Positions 1-12,639 of a stretch of 64,000 nt of DNA are shown in pieces. The DNA lies in NCBI RefSeq assembly GCF_036321535.1, contig NC_087437.1, positions 15,192,001 through 15,256,000 on the forward strand, given 5' to 3'. The translations under genes and the position numbers were made by a program. The notes beneath the pieces are model-generated. The model worked only from the letters and a program-made list of their open reading frames with translations. It did not search any database and was not told the DNA's origin. Every line of letters starts with the position of its first letter. Position 1 is the stretch's first letter. Source of the stretch: Camelus dromedarius (taxonomy: Eukaryota).

Positions 1-125
1 CAGACAGACAGACACCCACATCACTGGTCACCTTTAGAAATTATTAGGACACAAAGATAAGGTCCCAGACAGACAGACAGACAGACACCCACATCACTGG
101 TCACCTTTAGAAATTATTAGGACAC
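1..125. repeat. 73-bp-period tandem duplication containing a (CAGA)n run
   Basis: Positions 1-52 (cagacagacagacacccacatcactggtcacctttagaaattattaggacac) are repeated exactly at 74-125. The first copy is cut by the window edge. Confidence 0.9.
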
Positions 126-1130
126 CAGCTTATTGTTTTGAAAATTGGTAAAAGGCAAGCATTTATTGCAATTCCTGCACAAACTATACATCAGGGTAAC
201 TAAATAGTTGATGTAGGAAAGTTCTTTGTAGATGAATGTTAGCTAATAAGTTCAAAAGGGGTGGACAGAATTTGAAAATCACCATTTTGCACAACCTAAT
301 GTAATAATTAATCTAGGAAATGTTCGTTAATGACTGTCCTTTAAAACCACTAGCTAGAATGTTGATGAAAAATTCTGCAGTGCATCACTCTACAATGAAT
401 AGCTCACAAAAACAGAGACAAGCATTTATGCAACTCTTGCTGCAAAAAATAAGAACCAAATTGCACCATCTATGAAATGTTCTTACAGAAAATTGCTCAT
501 GAATCTGATTAAACCTCCAGACCTAACTACCATTCACAGGAAAGCGGGAACAGAGAAACATGTGAATGACACCAAGAGGGTGCAGTCAACAAAGTCCAGA
601 ATATGGGAATCTCTGCAGGACAGATGACTTGGTTTCTTCAATAAATAAATGACTAGGGAACAAAATTAAAAAGAGAGAGGCAGAAATGCCGGATATTGCA
701 GGAGACTTAAGTAATGCCCATCAAATTCAATCAATGTGTGAACTTTGTTTGGATGTTTTAAACAAACCATTTATTAAAAAGCCATTTCATGAAACAACTG
801 AGGAATTTAAACATGATGGAATAAATATTCCATGATGGCATTAAGGAATAATTGTTAACTTTTAGGTGTCACAATAGCATGTGGTTATGTTTTTGAAGAA
901 AGAGTCCTTACTTCTTAGGAACTAAAGTATGCACAGATGAAACGATCTGTCTGGAATTTACTTTGAATGAATCCAGTGCCTAGAGGCAGAGGAAGGAGTG
1001 GGAGTGGGGCTTGGAGATGAGACCAGATCCATCATATGCTAATTATTACAGCTGGTCCTGGACACATGGGGATTTGTTCTACTATTTTCTTTACTTTTAT
1101 AATTGACGATTTCCATAATTTAAAAAAAAG
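126..1130 (+). mobile_element. Old L1 3' UTR (L1MC4-like)
   Basis: Contains cagggtaactaaatagttgatg...agctaataa and ends with the typical ...tactattttctttacttt...ttccataat-A-rich L1M terminus. Confidence 0.65.
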
Positions 1131-4124
1131 TATTTCTAAGCAAAATGGTGCTATTCCTGGGCTTCTTAAATAATGCAACTAATGAAGTCCAAATATACAC
1201 CAGTTGTGTATTTGATGGAATTAAAACAGTACACCAAATCTGAGAGGAAGGAATTAATCTATTGAAATGAAGCTGACTTTCTAAAAATGGTGAACATTCC
1301 ATCCTAAAGAGCATTTGGGACCATTTTGTCCCACGCCCTTACCTAAGTAGACAGTTTGCTTTTAATTCACTTTCTGGAAATTACTAGCTTAAAGAGAAGG
1401 CAAAAACACTGTCAATCATGTGAAAGACATCAGGGTTTTGGTTACCAAAAGGGGATTGATATGCTTGAAAAGATTGGAACTCGCTGGGCTGGGGGTAAGT
1501 GGAGTGCACCCCTCGGGATGCTGCCCTGGCTTCCTCTGCCCTGTCCCAGAATCCACTAGGCACCTTCTCTCTGTACTGGGAGCCTGCCATCGGGCCCTCC
1601 GGGGTCAAGCTCGCTCAGGCTGATCCTCCCCTCTTCCCTCTCTTTGCCCATCTCTCTCCAGCTCCTGTGTCTGGACCTGCAGCCACATGTAATACAGAAT
1701 GGGAAGCCGCAGACGCCTGGCCCTGCCATAAATCTGCCCTCGGGGAGTGAGGCCCATCCTCTCTTTGACCCTCTCCTCCTCATAGACCCTTCCCTCCATC
1801 CTCACTATTCATCCCCTGGGTTTCCAGACAGGCCTTCCTTCACCATCCCCATCAGGGAAGGCAGCCTCCTGTGTGCTCCCCAGGGCCCAGTGGCAGACCT
1901 GCATCCTCTCCTGCGAAGTGCTGGCCTCCTGGGGAAGCTGGCCAGCCTGGAGCCTCTCGAGCCCTCCCAGTCCTTTGCAGGCCGCTACCCATGATGGGAA
2001 ATGAATGAGGAGGTGCTCGTGGAATGAGAAGACAGAGTAGAGGCACAGGGCAGCGTGTGGTGAAAGGGAAAGGACGGGCTTAAATGCCCCCCAAGAGGGC
2101 ACAGTGTGCAGTGCTCAAAGAAGGAAAAGGTGAGTGCAGGCAACGATGAGCAGATGGTCAGCAGACACTCCTGGGGTGGGTGGGGTGGAGTGTGGAATCC
2201 TGGGCTAATGAGGAGGAGGGACAGCCAGAGGGAAGTGGGCCAGTCAGTTACTGATTCATTCATTCTGAAAATGGATGTTGTGAGAGCCTCCGGCAGAGCT
2301 GCAGTGTCTGAAACCGGGTCCTACGGCAGAAGAATCCCTATTCAGAAGGTGTTACAGAGCTTACTGCCTGATGGACCACTGTCAGATCTCAGGTCCTGGG
2401 GGACCCTCATCAGGGCTCGGAGCCTGGGGGACCCGCATCAGAGCTCCAGGCTTCTCAGGGCTGGCCCTAATGCCTCATGGCTTGCAAGAAGCTACCTGGC
2501 AGTGTTTCAGGGTTTCTACACCTTCTTGATAACAGGGCTCTCTCCAAACACTCAGCTCCTATGGGGAAAGTTGGGCTGGAAGTACAGTGAGATTGGGTCA
2601 GGTGAGAAGAAAGGAAGGGGTTCCCGGGGACTCTGGCCTGTGGCAGGTGGCTGGGCCAGTGTGTCCCTGCAGGGAGGAGGAGTCATCAAACAGGAAGTCC
2701 CTCCAGACGAGGAGCTCTGCCTGGAGGGGCTCTGATGCCCCGACCCTCCTCAGTGCCCCACCAACACGCGGGGAGGCGGCGGCACAGGCAGGGAGGCTGC
2801 GGTCTGAGGAGCATCAGGTGCCCAAGAAGGAGCCCCCGTGAGTTCAGCTGCCCCAACGCCCCTTGCTCAGAGGCACTGTGAACCCCATGAGAACTCCTGC
2901 CACAGCTCAGACCCCTCACTTCTGGTTTCTCTAGGGCAGAGTGAGACGTAGGCCGGGAGTCAGCCCAGAAGACGGGCTGGCCAAAAGCAAGAACATATGA
3001 TTGGACAGGCAAATGTGCACAGCCCTGTCCCACACTGGCCCTGCCAGAGCGCACCCACCCCGCTGCATCCTCCGCACCCTCTGTCATGGCCACTCAGCAG
3101 TCTGTCATCCATGAGGGTGTGTCGCCTGTGTCTCCTTATCAGCTCCCTGACTCAACAGCGGCGGAGGGCTTGCCCAAGAGGAGTGGCTGACATAAGCTGA
3201 ATGAACAGAGGAAGAAAGGAAGAGAAGATGCCTGTCGCCTTGGGAGCCCCCGGGGAGTGTCCCACTCATTTGGCCCTTGGCTCCGTGGCTGCAAAAGGGG
3301 ATGGCACTCAGCCAAGCCCAGAGGACTATAAAGTCAGACTTCCAAGGAAAAAAGTTAGAGCACCGAAATCCTGAGGAAGAGGCGAGCCGGGAACTGGGAT
3401 CCATCCTTCCGGGATATGCCCAGCCCTGTCCAGACATGTGAAGACTCTGGCTCTCCAAAGGGCCCAGCCAGCCCCATTGGGCATCGGGGGTCCACTCAGC
3501 AGAGGCCCCACAGCTCAGGCCCCTCCACCACCACTGGGTTCCAGTTCAGAACCTCCTATGGGGCCAGTAAGTCTGAACCGGAGGGCGGTGGGGAGGTGGT
3601 GGGGGCAGCATGAATTTGCACCATCCAAACCAGGGGTCCTGACCTGGGGCTGCAAACTAGGATCACCTGGGGTAAGGAAGATTTTTTAAAAACAGTAATA
3701 TTTCTTTCCCAACCCAGACCAACTGAATCAGGATCTCTCGGGTGGGACCCAGGTCAGGGGATTACAACACACAGCCAGGACAGGGAGCCCCCAGCCCAGT
3801 TCTAATTGCTCACAACTTCTCCTGATGTGAAATGTGAAAAAGTGGTGTGAAGGCTGGGCTGGGAGGTGAGCCTTTGGCCACAAGACGTCTCGGCGACCTA
3901 ACTTAAACTCTGCAGTCACCTCTCCTGAACCATGCATTGGTGTCCTGCTAACTGTCCTTGTCCCCAAGAGAAAACACAGGCTCCTTAGCCTGGCACCCGG
4001 CAGAGCGCCCACTGTTCAGAGAACCACCCTGAGCGATAAAGCGCGAGTCCCGGAGATGCAGCTGGGTCTGCGGCTCCTGATGGGGCCAGAGAAAGGGAGA
4101 GAGGGTGGGTTGGAGGAGAGAGGG

Positions 4125-4270
4125 CTGGGGTAAGAATATGGACTTGTGGTCAGTTGGGTTTCCAATCAGACACCGCGACCTTGAAAAAAAATAACCTCCC
4201 TGAGCCTCTGTTTCCTCTATAAAATGAGGATGGAAATTCTGACTCAGAGATTTGAGGTGAAGGATTCAGT
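4125..4270 (+). mobile_element. MIR SINE relic
   Basis: Core motif aacctccctgagcctctgtttcctctataaaatgagga. Confidence 0.7.
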
Positions 4271-4689
4271 GAAGAGCCCTGACGGGCCCCCAGGAAGGGC
4301 TTGATGCAGAACTGTCACAGCATCCACGTGGGCCTTAACGTGTTACCTGCTGCTAAGGGGAACCATCTTTGGGGAAGGGGTGTCGGTCAGTCTGTCTGTC
4401 TGTCTCCCTGAGACTGGCCAGCAAGAGTACTGGTTCCTGCTGGGCAGGCAGGCGGTGAGAGGGAGTAGGGCTCAGCCCCAGAGTTTAACTTGTCAAGGGA
4501 GTAGCCCTCCCCGAGACTACCGCAGAGACTGAGTAAGAAGTTTGGGGGTGCTCTCGGAACACACTGAGTCACAGCCCTGGCCACTGCGACATTCGGATGC
4601 CTGCAGGCTGTGAGAGAGACACCACAAATGTCCCTCTCCCTTTGCTCAGGAGTGTCAGAGGGCGCAAAGGTGAGCCCTGAGTTCTGGGG

Positions 4690-4900
4690 GAAGGGCTAAG
4701 ACTTGCAGGCTGACAGATCCATGTGCGAACCCAGGCTGGGCCTCTTCCCAGTTGCATGGCTGGGACAAAACGGAATCCCTCTGAACCTCGGCCTGCTCAT
4801 CTCTAGAATGGAAATAGCGATCCTGACCTCACAGAGCCGTGCTGCAAACACGTAGAGGACACCCAGCACAGTGCAGGGCCCACAGTGGATGCTCAGTGCC
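4690..4900 (+). mobile_element. MIR SINE relic
   Basis: Core ccctctgaacctcggcctgctcatctctagaatggaaatag, followed by a cagcacagtg...gatgctcagt 3' end. Confidence 0.6.
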
Positions 4901-5829
4901 CGTCAGAACCCACTCCACTTCCCTTGTGCCAGGAATGAGAGAACCACAACTCTGGGCCGGGCTTCCAGGTAAGGATACTGACTCACACAGGATGGCCAGG
5001 TGACATCAGTGCAGGTGTGTAAGAAGTGGGTGACAGTGCTCTGCTTATCAGAACTGTTGGAAAGAAAATCCTCCGAGTCTCCATCACTAAAGAAATCAGT
5101 GAAGATTGGTGCAACTTTCATTCCTGAGAAATTGGATTGTGGCCTTCCCCAGAAGCCTTCCCTGACTTCCTGCCACACCCCCAGGGTTCTGTGTTTACTG
5201 TCCTCTGAGTTCCTGCTACTCCCGTGCCTGCCCCACTGGCCGTTTGCTTGTCTGCCTCCCTGCTAGATGATAAACATCAAGAGGGCAGGCCTGTGACTCG
5301 TTCATCATGTATCTCTGGCACCCAGCACAAAGTTCCTTCCAGTACAGCCTCTGAGGCCCCAGGCGTGGAGTGAGAACATTCAACACAGGCTGGACCGTGT
5401 CCTCCCGATGGCACAGGCAGACACCCCTCCCCCTCCAAAGCCAAGGAGGCTGCTGCTGAAATTCTCTCACCCCAGGATCACCTAGACATGACACACAGCT
5501 CATCAACAACTCAGGCACCTTGGCTGCTGGGTGGGCTGACCTCACTGGGGTCTCCCCAGCCTCTGCAGCTTGCCTGTCAAGCCTTTGAGAATGGGCTTTG
5601 TACCCAGTGCCACTTCGAGACTACCCTGTGTGCAGTGACAAGGCCCTGTTATCTCAGGGAGGGAATGGGAGTTGGGGCTGGGCAAGAACACACTTCCTGG
5701 AGGGTAGGGCTGCCTCACCACCCTCAACAACTCACACAACTTCCTGTGGTCCACTCCCTGCAGAGGGGAGTCTCTGAATTGTGAGGTGGGGGCTTTTGTA
5801 GACCCTCCTCAGCCTAGACTAGCAGGCTC

Positions 5830-6350
5830 TTGTGAGGGCTTTGACTTTGAAATGGGAGCCACTGGAAGGTTTTGAACTAGAGTATGATCTGCTCTGCCTT
5901 ACCTTTTCACAGGATCCATCTAGCTGCTGTGTTGAGAACAGGCTGACAGGACAGGGCTGGAAGTGTGCGACCACCTAGGGATTTATTTGATACCGACATT
6001 CAGTGTGCACTTGCCACGAGCCAAGGCTTAGTTCTCACACAACAACAACAAAACCCCACTATGAAGTAGGTATCATTGTAATCGCACTCTTTTTATAAAT
6101 TAAAAAATTGAGTCAAAGAGGTTAGGTAACTGTCCAAGTATATACAGCCAGTAATTGGTAAAGTCCAGATCTGAACCCAGACATTCTGGCTCTAGAGTCC
6201 ATGCATTGAACCAGCTCATTATATAGAGTGTATCAGAGGTCACTTGACTCCAGATGTATTTCAAAGGAAGAATCAATATGATCTAATCATGACATGGTGT
6301 GGGAATTCAAGAAGGAAACCGAGAATGCTCCAAGAATGAAACTAAGATGT
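5830..6350 (-). mobile_element. L2 fragment interrupted by a minus-strand MIR (~5985-6215)
   Basis: L2-like aatgggagccactggaaggttttgaa...aggatccatctagctgctgtgttgaga. MIR-like gaggttaggtaactgtccaag...gaacccagacattctggctctagagtcc. Confidence 0.6.
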
Positions 6351-8357
6351 TTGTCTCACCACTTCTAATCAACATAATAGTGGAGGTACGAGACAGGGCA
6401 ATAAGATAAGGAAAAGAAGTAAATGAATAAAGGTTAGGAAGGAAGAAGTGAAACTGTCTTTATTTGCAGACAACATGCTCATATATGTTGAAAATCCTAA
6501 GGAATCTACCCCCAAAAAGTTACTAGAAGCAACAAGAGAATTTAGAAAGATTACAGAATATAAGATCAATATATAAAAATCTATTTTATTTCTATTTACC
6601 AGCAAAGAATAACTGGAAATGAAATTTTTAAAAATACCAATCAAAAATATGAAATATTTAAAGATAAATTTAACACAATATTATAAGTCCTCTTCACTAA
6701 AAATTATAAAATATTATTAAGAGAGACCAAAGAAAACCTAAAGAAAAAAGAAATATATCATGTTCATCGGTTGGGAGATGCTACACAGTTAAGATGTCAG
6801 TTCTCCCCTACAGTGAACTATATATTCAATACCATCTCAATAAAAATTCCAGCAGGCTTTCCTTGTAGAAATAAAAAACTGATACTAAATTTACATGGAA
6901 ATGCTAAGGATAAAAAATAGCCAAAATAATCTTGAAAGAGAAGGACAAATTTGGAGAACTTATACTATACTTAATTTTCAGATATACTGGAAATCCGAAG
7001 TAATCAAGAAAGTGTTACCTAGGCATAGGATTGATGGAACAGATTAGAGTCCAGAAATAAACCCACACATATATGGTCAATTGATATTCAACAAAGATAC
7101 CAAGATAATTCAATAGGAAAAAGGGAATCATCTTTTCAGCAAATAATGCTGAATATCTGTAAAGGGAAGAAACAAGGAACCTCAATTCTTACCTAATTTG
7201 AAATGGAGCATATACGTAAATGTTAAAGCCAAAACCATACAATTTATGGAAGAAAATATAGGAGTAAATTTTTGTGACCTTGGGACAGGCAAAGATTTCT
7301 TAGACAAGAACATAAAGCACTAAGCATAAAAGAATTCATCACTTAGATTTCATCAAAATTAAAAACTTCTGCTCTTCAAAAGATGCTGTTGAGCAAATGA
7401 AAAGACAAGCCACACACCAAGAGAAAAATATTCACAATACAAATATTATATGAAGAATTTGTATCTAGAATATACAAAGAACTCTTACCACTCAATAATC
7501 AGACAAACAACTTGATGTTTTAAAATGGGCCAAAGATTTAAACAGACTTTATAAAAGAAAATATGTGAATGATTGATAAGCCACATGAAAGGATGCTGAG
7601 ATCATTAGTAACCAGAAAACTATGGATTAAAATCACAATGAGAAACCACTACACAGCCAGTGACCCACTAGAAAGGTCAAAATTTAGAAACTGACAATAC
7701 CAAACGTCGGTGAGAATGTGGAACACCCAGAACTCTCATACGCTGTTCAGACACCGTGGGTGTGTAAAATGGTACAACAGTTTTGCAGTTTCTTATAAAG
7801 TAAAACTTTATACTTGCCATGTGACCTAGCAATTCCACTCTTAGGTTTTGAGAGAAATGAAAACACATGTTCATGAAAAGACTTGTACACAAATATTCAT
7901 AACAGCTGTATTCACAATAAGCCCCAAACTGGAAACAGCCCAGCTATCCATCAATAGATGAATGGGTAAACAAATTGTAGTATATATATCCTCCATGGAA
8001 TATTACCCAGCAATAAAAATGAACAAAATGTCAAAATATCATGCTGAGTAAAAGAAGCAAGACCCAAAAGAGTATGTACTGTATGATTTCATTTATATGG
8101 ACTCCTAGAAAAGACAAAACTAACCTCTAGTGACAGAAAGTTGATCAGCAGTTGTCTGGGGCTGGGGCTGGGGAGGGAGTGGAACTGACAGAAATTTCTA
8201 GGGGTGATGCACATGCTCTATATGTTGATTTAGGTTGTGATTGCTCAGGTGTACACATTAAAAAAATCCATTGGAGTGTACACTTAAAATGGGTGCATTT
8301 TATTATATGCAAATGTATAGTACCTAAAAATTACCCTAATAAAGTTGATTTTAAAAC
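6348..8357 (+). mobile_element. Degenerate L1 (ORF2 C-terminal half + 3' UTR; L1MB/ME-like)
   Basis: RT motif region aaactgtctttatttgcagacaacatg (LSLFADDM-like), then gagtccagaaataaacccacacatatatggtcaattgat, a 3' UTR and terminal aataaagttgattttaaaa. Confidence 0.9.
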
Positions 8358-8462
8358 ATTAAGAGAGAATAGGAAGAGAAGAAGAGATAGCGAGATAGGG
8401 TGCAGGGAGGTCTTTGTGGCTGGTGCAAAACCCAGTGGTTAGCATATAATAAATTGTCAACT

Positions 8463-8598
8463 GGGGAGGAGGATGTAGCTCAGTGGTAGAGCGCGTGCTT
8501 AGCATGCACAAGGTCCTGGGTTCAATCCCCCGTACCTCCATTAATACATACATACATTCATAACCTAATCCTCCCCAAAATTAATTAATTAAAAAAAT
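8463..8598 (+). mobile_element. tRNA-Ala-derived SINE (Vic-1-like, camelid)
   Basis: ggatgtagctcagtggtagagcgcgtgcttagcatgcacaaggtcctgggttcaatcccccgtacctcca contains A- and B-box. It is followed by the family tail (tetramer repeat, aacctaat, C-run, A-rich). Confidence 0.85.
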
Positions 8599-8759
8599 AG
8601 GTCTTTGAAAAAAAAACAACCTTCAATTCCTCACTCACCCAAGCACTGCCTACCTCCCACTCACTTACATCCTACCCCCCCACCTGCCTCCTTGCCACCT
8701 GTGTTATTCAGGACAGGCTCTCTGTTCTATAACAAACAGGGCCAAACCTCACCTGGCCT

Positions 8760-11250
8760 TTGATCTCATTTCCCTCTTTTCTTGGACTTCTTTTGGATCA
8801 ACTTAGAATTTTTCTTTCAGAGTTTTTTTTTCATCTCTTTTTCCTTTGTTGGCTGATAAGCGACAACTCCACGCTGTCTTAGTTGTTACTTTAGAGTTTA
8901 CAGTATACCTTTAATATTTGTTATCATCTCCTTTCAAGCCATGTTTTACCACTTCATGTACAGATAAGACCTTGCAGTAATTTATTTACGTTTTCCCCCT
9001 CTAGGTCTTTGTGCTACTGTTGTCATAACATTTTATTTCTCCATATGTTACAAATGCCACACTGCATTGTTTTTATTTTTGCTTTAAACAATCATCTTTT
9101 AAAGATATTAAAACTAAAACTGTCTTTATATTTACCCAACATAGTTATTATTTCTGGTACTCTGCATTCCTTCGTGTAGATCCAGATTTTCAACTGTTAT
9201 ATTCATTCTGCTTGCAAGACTTCTTTTAGTATTTCTTGCAGCACAGATCTGTTGGTGACTAATTCCTTTTGGATTTTTATACCTAGAGAAGCCTTTATTT
9301 CACCATTTTGAAAGGTATTTTCACTAGGTAAAAAAATTCTACAGTGACAGTTCTTACTTTTCAGTACTTTAAGGTTTTGTTAGATTATTTCTGACAACAT
9401 TTATTCCAACGTGAAATCTATGGTCTTTTCCTCTAGCTACTTTTAAGATTTTCTCTTGTTTTGAACAATTTGATTATGTAACACCTCGGTATAGTTTTAT
9501 TATTTCATGTGCATGGGATTCACTGAGTTTCTTGAAATATCTAGGTTTATAGTTTTTACTTAATTAAAAATTATGTGTCCATTAGTCCTTCAAAAAATTT
9601 TAAAAGAACTACCACATGATCCAGCAATCCTACTTCTGGGTGTGTATTCAAAGGAAATGAAATAGGATCTTGAAGAAATACATGCACTCCTATGTTCATT
9701 GCAGCATCATTCACAATAGGCAAGATGTGTAAACAACCTAAGTAAATGATAAAAAAGAATTCACACACACACACACACAAACACACACACTGAATATTAT
9801 TCAGCCATGAGGAAGAAGGAAATTCTGCTACTTGCAACAAAATGGATGGACCTTGAGGCCATTATGCTAAGTGAAATAAGTCAGACAGAGAAAGACAAAT
9901 AGTGTATGACCTCACTTATATGCAGTATCCAAAGAAGCTGAACTCACTGAAACAGAAAGTAGAATGACAGGGACCAGGGGGGCAGGGGAAATGGGGAGAT
10001 CTTGGTCAAAGAGTATGCACTTTCAGTTATAAGATGAGTAAGTTCTGGGCATCTGAAAATGTTTTGCAAATCCTCTCCTTCGGGGACTCCAGTTACAAGT
10101 ATATTAGGGAGCTTAAAGTTGTCCCACAGTCCACTGATGCTTTTTTGTTTATTTGTAGTATTCTTCCTCTTTGTGCTTCATTTTGGATGGTTTCTATTTC
10201 TCTGTCTTCAAGTTCACTAGTCTTATCTTCCATAATATCTAATCTGCCATTTGTAACATCAGGTGTATTTTTTTTAAATCTCAGACATTGTAGTTTTCAT
10301 GCCTATAAATTCAATTTGAGTATTCTTTATATTTTGTCTCTACTTAACATGTTCAATCTTTCATCTATCTTCCTGAACATATGGATTATAGTTCTAATAA
10401 ATGTTTTAAGGTCTCAACTTACTGAATCTATTGTATATATTATTTCTGGGTGAACTTTTATGATTTATTTTTCTTTTTATTATGGAACATATCCTTCTGT
10501 CTTTTGTATGTCTGGCAATCTTTGAGTGTATGCCAGACATTTAAATTTTTATCTTGCTGGGTGCTACATGTTTCTGTATTCCCATAAATATGCCTGACTT
10601 TTGTTATGGGACATGATTAAGTTACACAGAGCTGGTTTACTTCCTTCACACATCTTGCTTTTAAGCTTTTTTAGGTAGGACCAGAGTAGTGTTTAATTAA
10701 GTAGAGGGGCTGAAACTTCCCCACTACTAAGGTGAACTCTTCTGTATATTCTCCCCGATGCCTTGTGAATTATGTGATTTTCCCCTCTGGATGGTGAAAA
10801 CAGGCATTATGACTGTCTTTGTGTGAGCTACAGGGATTTTCCTTCTGATCCTTTTTGGGTGACACTTTCTCCTGCCTTGTGAAACTTTCTCATATACATG
10901 CATTAGCCAATACTACAGGGACCTTCTACACATTTCTAGAGTTTTCTCTCTGCAACTCCTCCTCTCTGATGATTTGCCCTGCAAACTCAAGTCACCTGGG
11001 CCTCCCAAATCCAACTTCTTAACCTGAGGAGACTGCTAAGCTCTCCCTGGATTCCCTTCCAGGAATTAAGCTGGGGCCATCATAGGGTTCACTTCATTTG
11101 CTTCCCATTTTTCAGGGATCACTGTTCTTCATTGCCTAATATCTAACGTCTTAACAACGCTGTTTCATTTATTTGTCCAGATTTTTAGTTACTTTGGGTG
11201 GAAATAAATCTGATCCATTAATCCATCTTGGTCAGGATTGGAAGCTGTAA
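8760..11250 (-). mobile_element. Old L1 5' region/ORF1 (antisense), interrupted at ~9600-10055
   Basis: T-rich antisense ORF1 motifs such as gtcttcaagttcactag and ggattcactgagtttcttg. Confidence 0.7.
9600..10055 (+). mobile_element. L1 ORF2 end + 3' UTR fragment (L1MA9-like) with internal (CA)n
   Basis: gaactaccacatgatccagcaatcctacttctggg...ggatggaccttgaggccattatgctaagtgaaataagtcagacagagaaagacaaat...cagttataagatgagtaagttctgg. Confidence 0.85.
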
Positions 11251-11339
11251 ATGTTCACCTTTTGACAAGGTAAGTTTGAAATCTCTATTAGTCATCCAAG
11301 TGGAGATGTAGAGCTTATGATTTCATGATTCAAAGACTT

Positions 11340-12600
11340 TGTGGGAAGCCAACATGTTTAATTCATTGTGCTTACTTCCTTGGAACCTGATGCAAATACC
11401 TTGGTTGCTGACAGATAAGAGATAATCCCAGGATGTTCTGTTCATGGAGGAATGTGGGGTCCAGGCTCACCTCCCACTGCATTGCCACTACCACTCTGAT
11501 GATTGTCTTAAGTCTTGAACAGTCAGAGCTGGATTTTTGTCCAGGCTTGTGGTAGCTTACAAAATTTAATTCCTTCAAACACTAGGTTGTTAATCTACTT
11601 GCTTTTGGCTCCATTTATTAATCATAACCAAGATTTTTTCCTGGTCATGTTTCTCAAATCCTAAAGTTCTTTCTTAACCCTTTTCTTTGCCTCTCTGTCA
11701 ATGTAAAGGCAGCTACCTTCAGCCTATCTAGCTTGAAAAACGAAAGTCCAAAATGTAAAATTTTCCCTGAGTGCTTTATTCAACATAAATTATACCAAGC
11801 CTTTATTATTCAAAGCTTTAAAAAGAAATCCTATCTCTTCCTAGTTGAGGCTTCAAAATACTTGTCTTTCTCTCCTTTTAAGGTGTCAAATTTCTGGAAT
11901 CTCTCAACATCCTTTCATTTCTACATTTACACTGGCTAAGTCTTTCCTAAATGCATACCTCTCTTGCAGTATCTTGCCATCAAGGCCAATAAAATCCACA
12001 CATACTAAGACTCTGATCCCATTTTTACCCTGGTACTGATGACTCATTAGGCATGTGATTGTCTTCTCACATTTCAAAAAATGATTATTTTATCAATTTT
12101 TTTCTCTAACAATATGGATCTCTATTTCTCCAGTCCTCAACATAGCTTCCTCACTGCTTATCACCTACTGCTATGCCAATGTCCCATACTGTAGGATTTA
12201 ATTTCAACAAGAATCCACTTCCCTTACCAATTTCTGTATCAGTTACAATGGACTAACAGCTATAACAAACCTAAATTTCAGTGGCTTAATACAACGGCTG
12301 TTCCTCCCTCAGGTAAACAAAGTGAATGTCCCTGGTTGGGTGTCCCTTCCATCTTATGGATCCCCCATCCTCTTGCAGTCCTCTTCTGGGTCCTCTGCAT
12401 CCAGATAGCTGCCTTATAGATAATGAGAGAAGCCAAGAAGCTCATGGGTTATCTTAGAAGCTGGACCAAGAAATTGAATTCCATTGGCCATAACTAATCA
12501 CATAGCCCTATCCAGAGGCAGGGGACACTGGAAAATGCAGTTTTCCTCTGTTTCTACAAGAAAAAGTAAATGGCTCAGTGACTTCACAGCATTGTGCAAG
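11340..12600 (-). mobile_element. MaLR relic: MLT1-type LTR (~12235-12600) plus adjoining internal sequence
   Basis: LTR end tgtatcagtt...gctataacaaac...tcagtggcttaatacaa abuts ccacttcccttaccaatttc, the reverse complement of the MaLR internal start gaaattggta...aagtgg. The left boundary is uncertain. Confidence 0.55.
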
Positions 12601-12639
12601 TGCTACCTTTATACCTACTCACCTATCTTGAGCCCACTA

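Noticed and set aside
2172..2195. G-quadruplex-like G-runs (also ~36162-36177 and ~50856-50870)
   Set aside because: Only three G3+ runs each and common in GC-rich mammalian DNA; no context suggesting function.
2106..2735. 209-aa ORF, the longest in the track
   Set aside because: GTG start, GC-rich context where long chance ORFs are common, no recognisable domain or exon structure.
1130..5830. GC-rich block as a CpG-island promoter or exons of a neighbouring gene
   Set aside because: CpGs are sparse apart from small clusters (~2765, ~4030-4075), and I recognised no coding exon.
8468..8540. Apparent tRNA-Ala genes (also 51136, 56550, 57665, 60954)
   Set aside because: Each has stem mismatches, the shared SINE tail and in several cases TSDs, so these are SINE heads rather than functional tRNAs.
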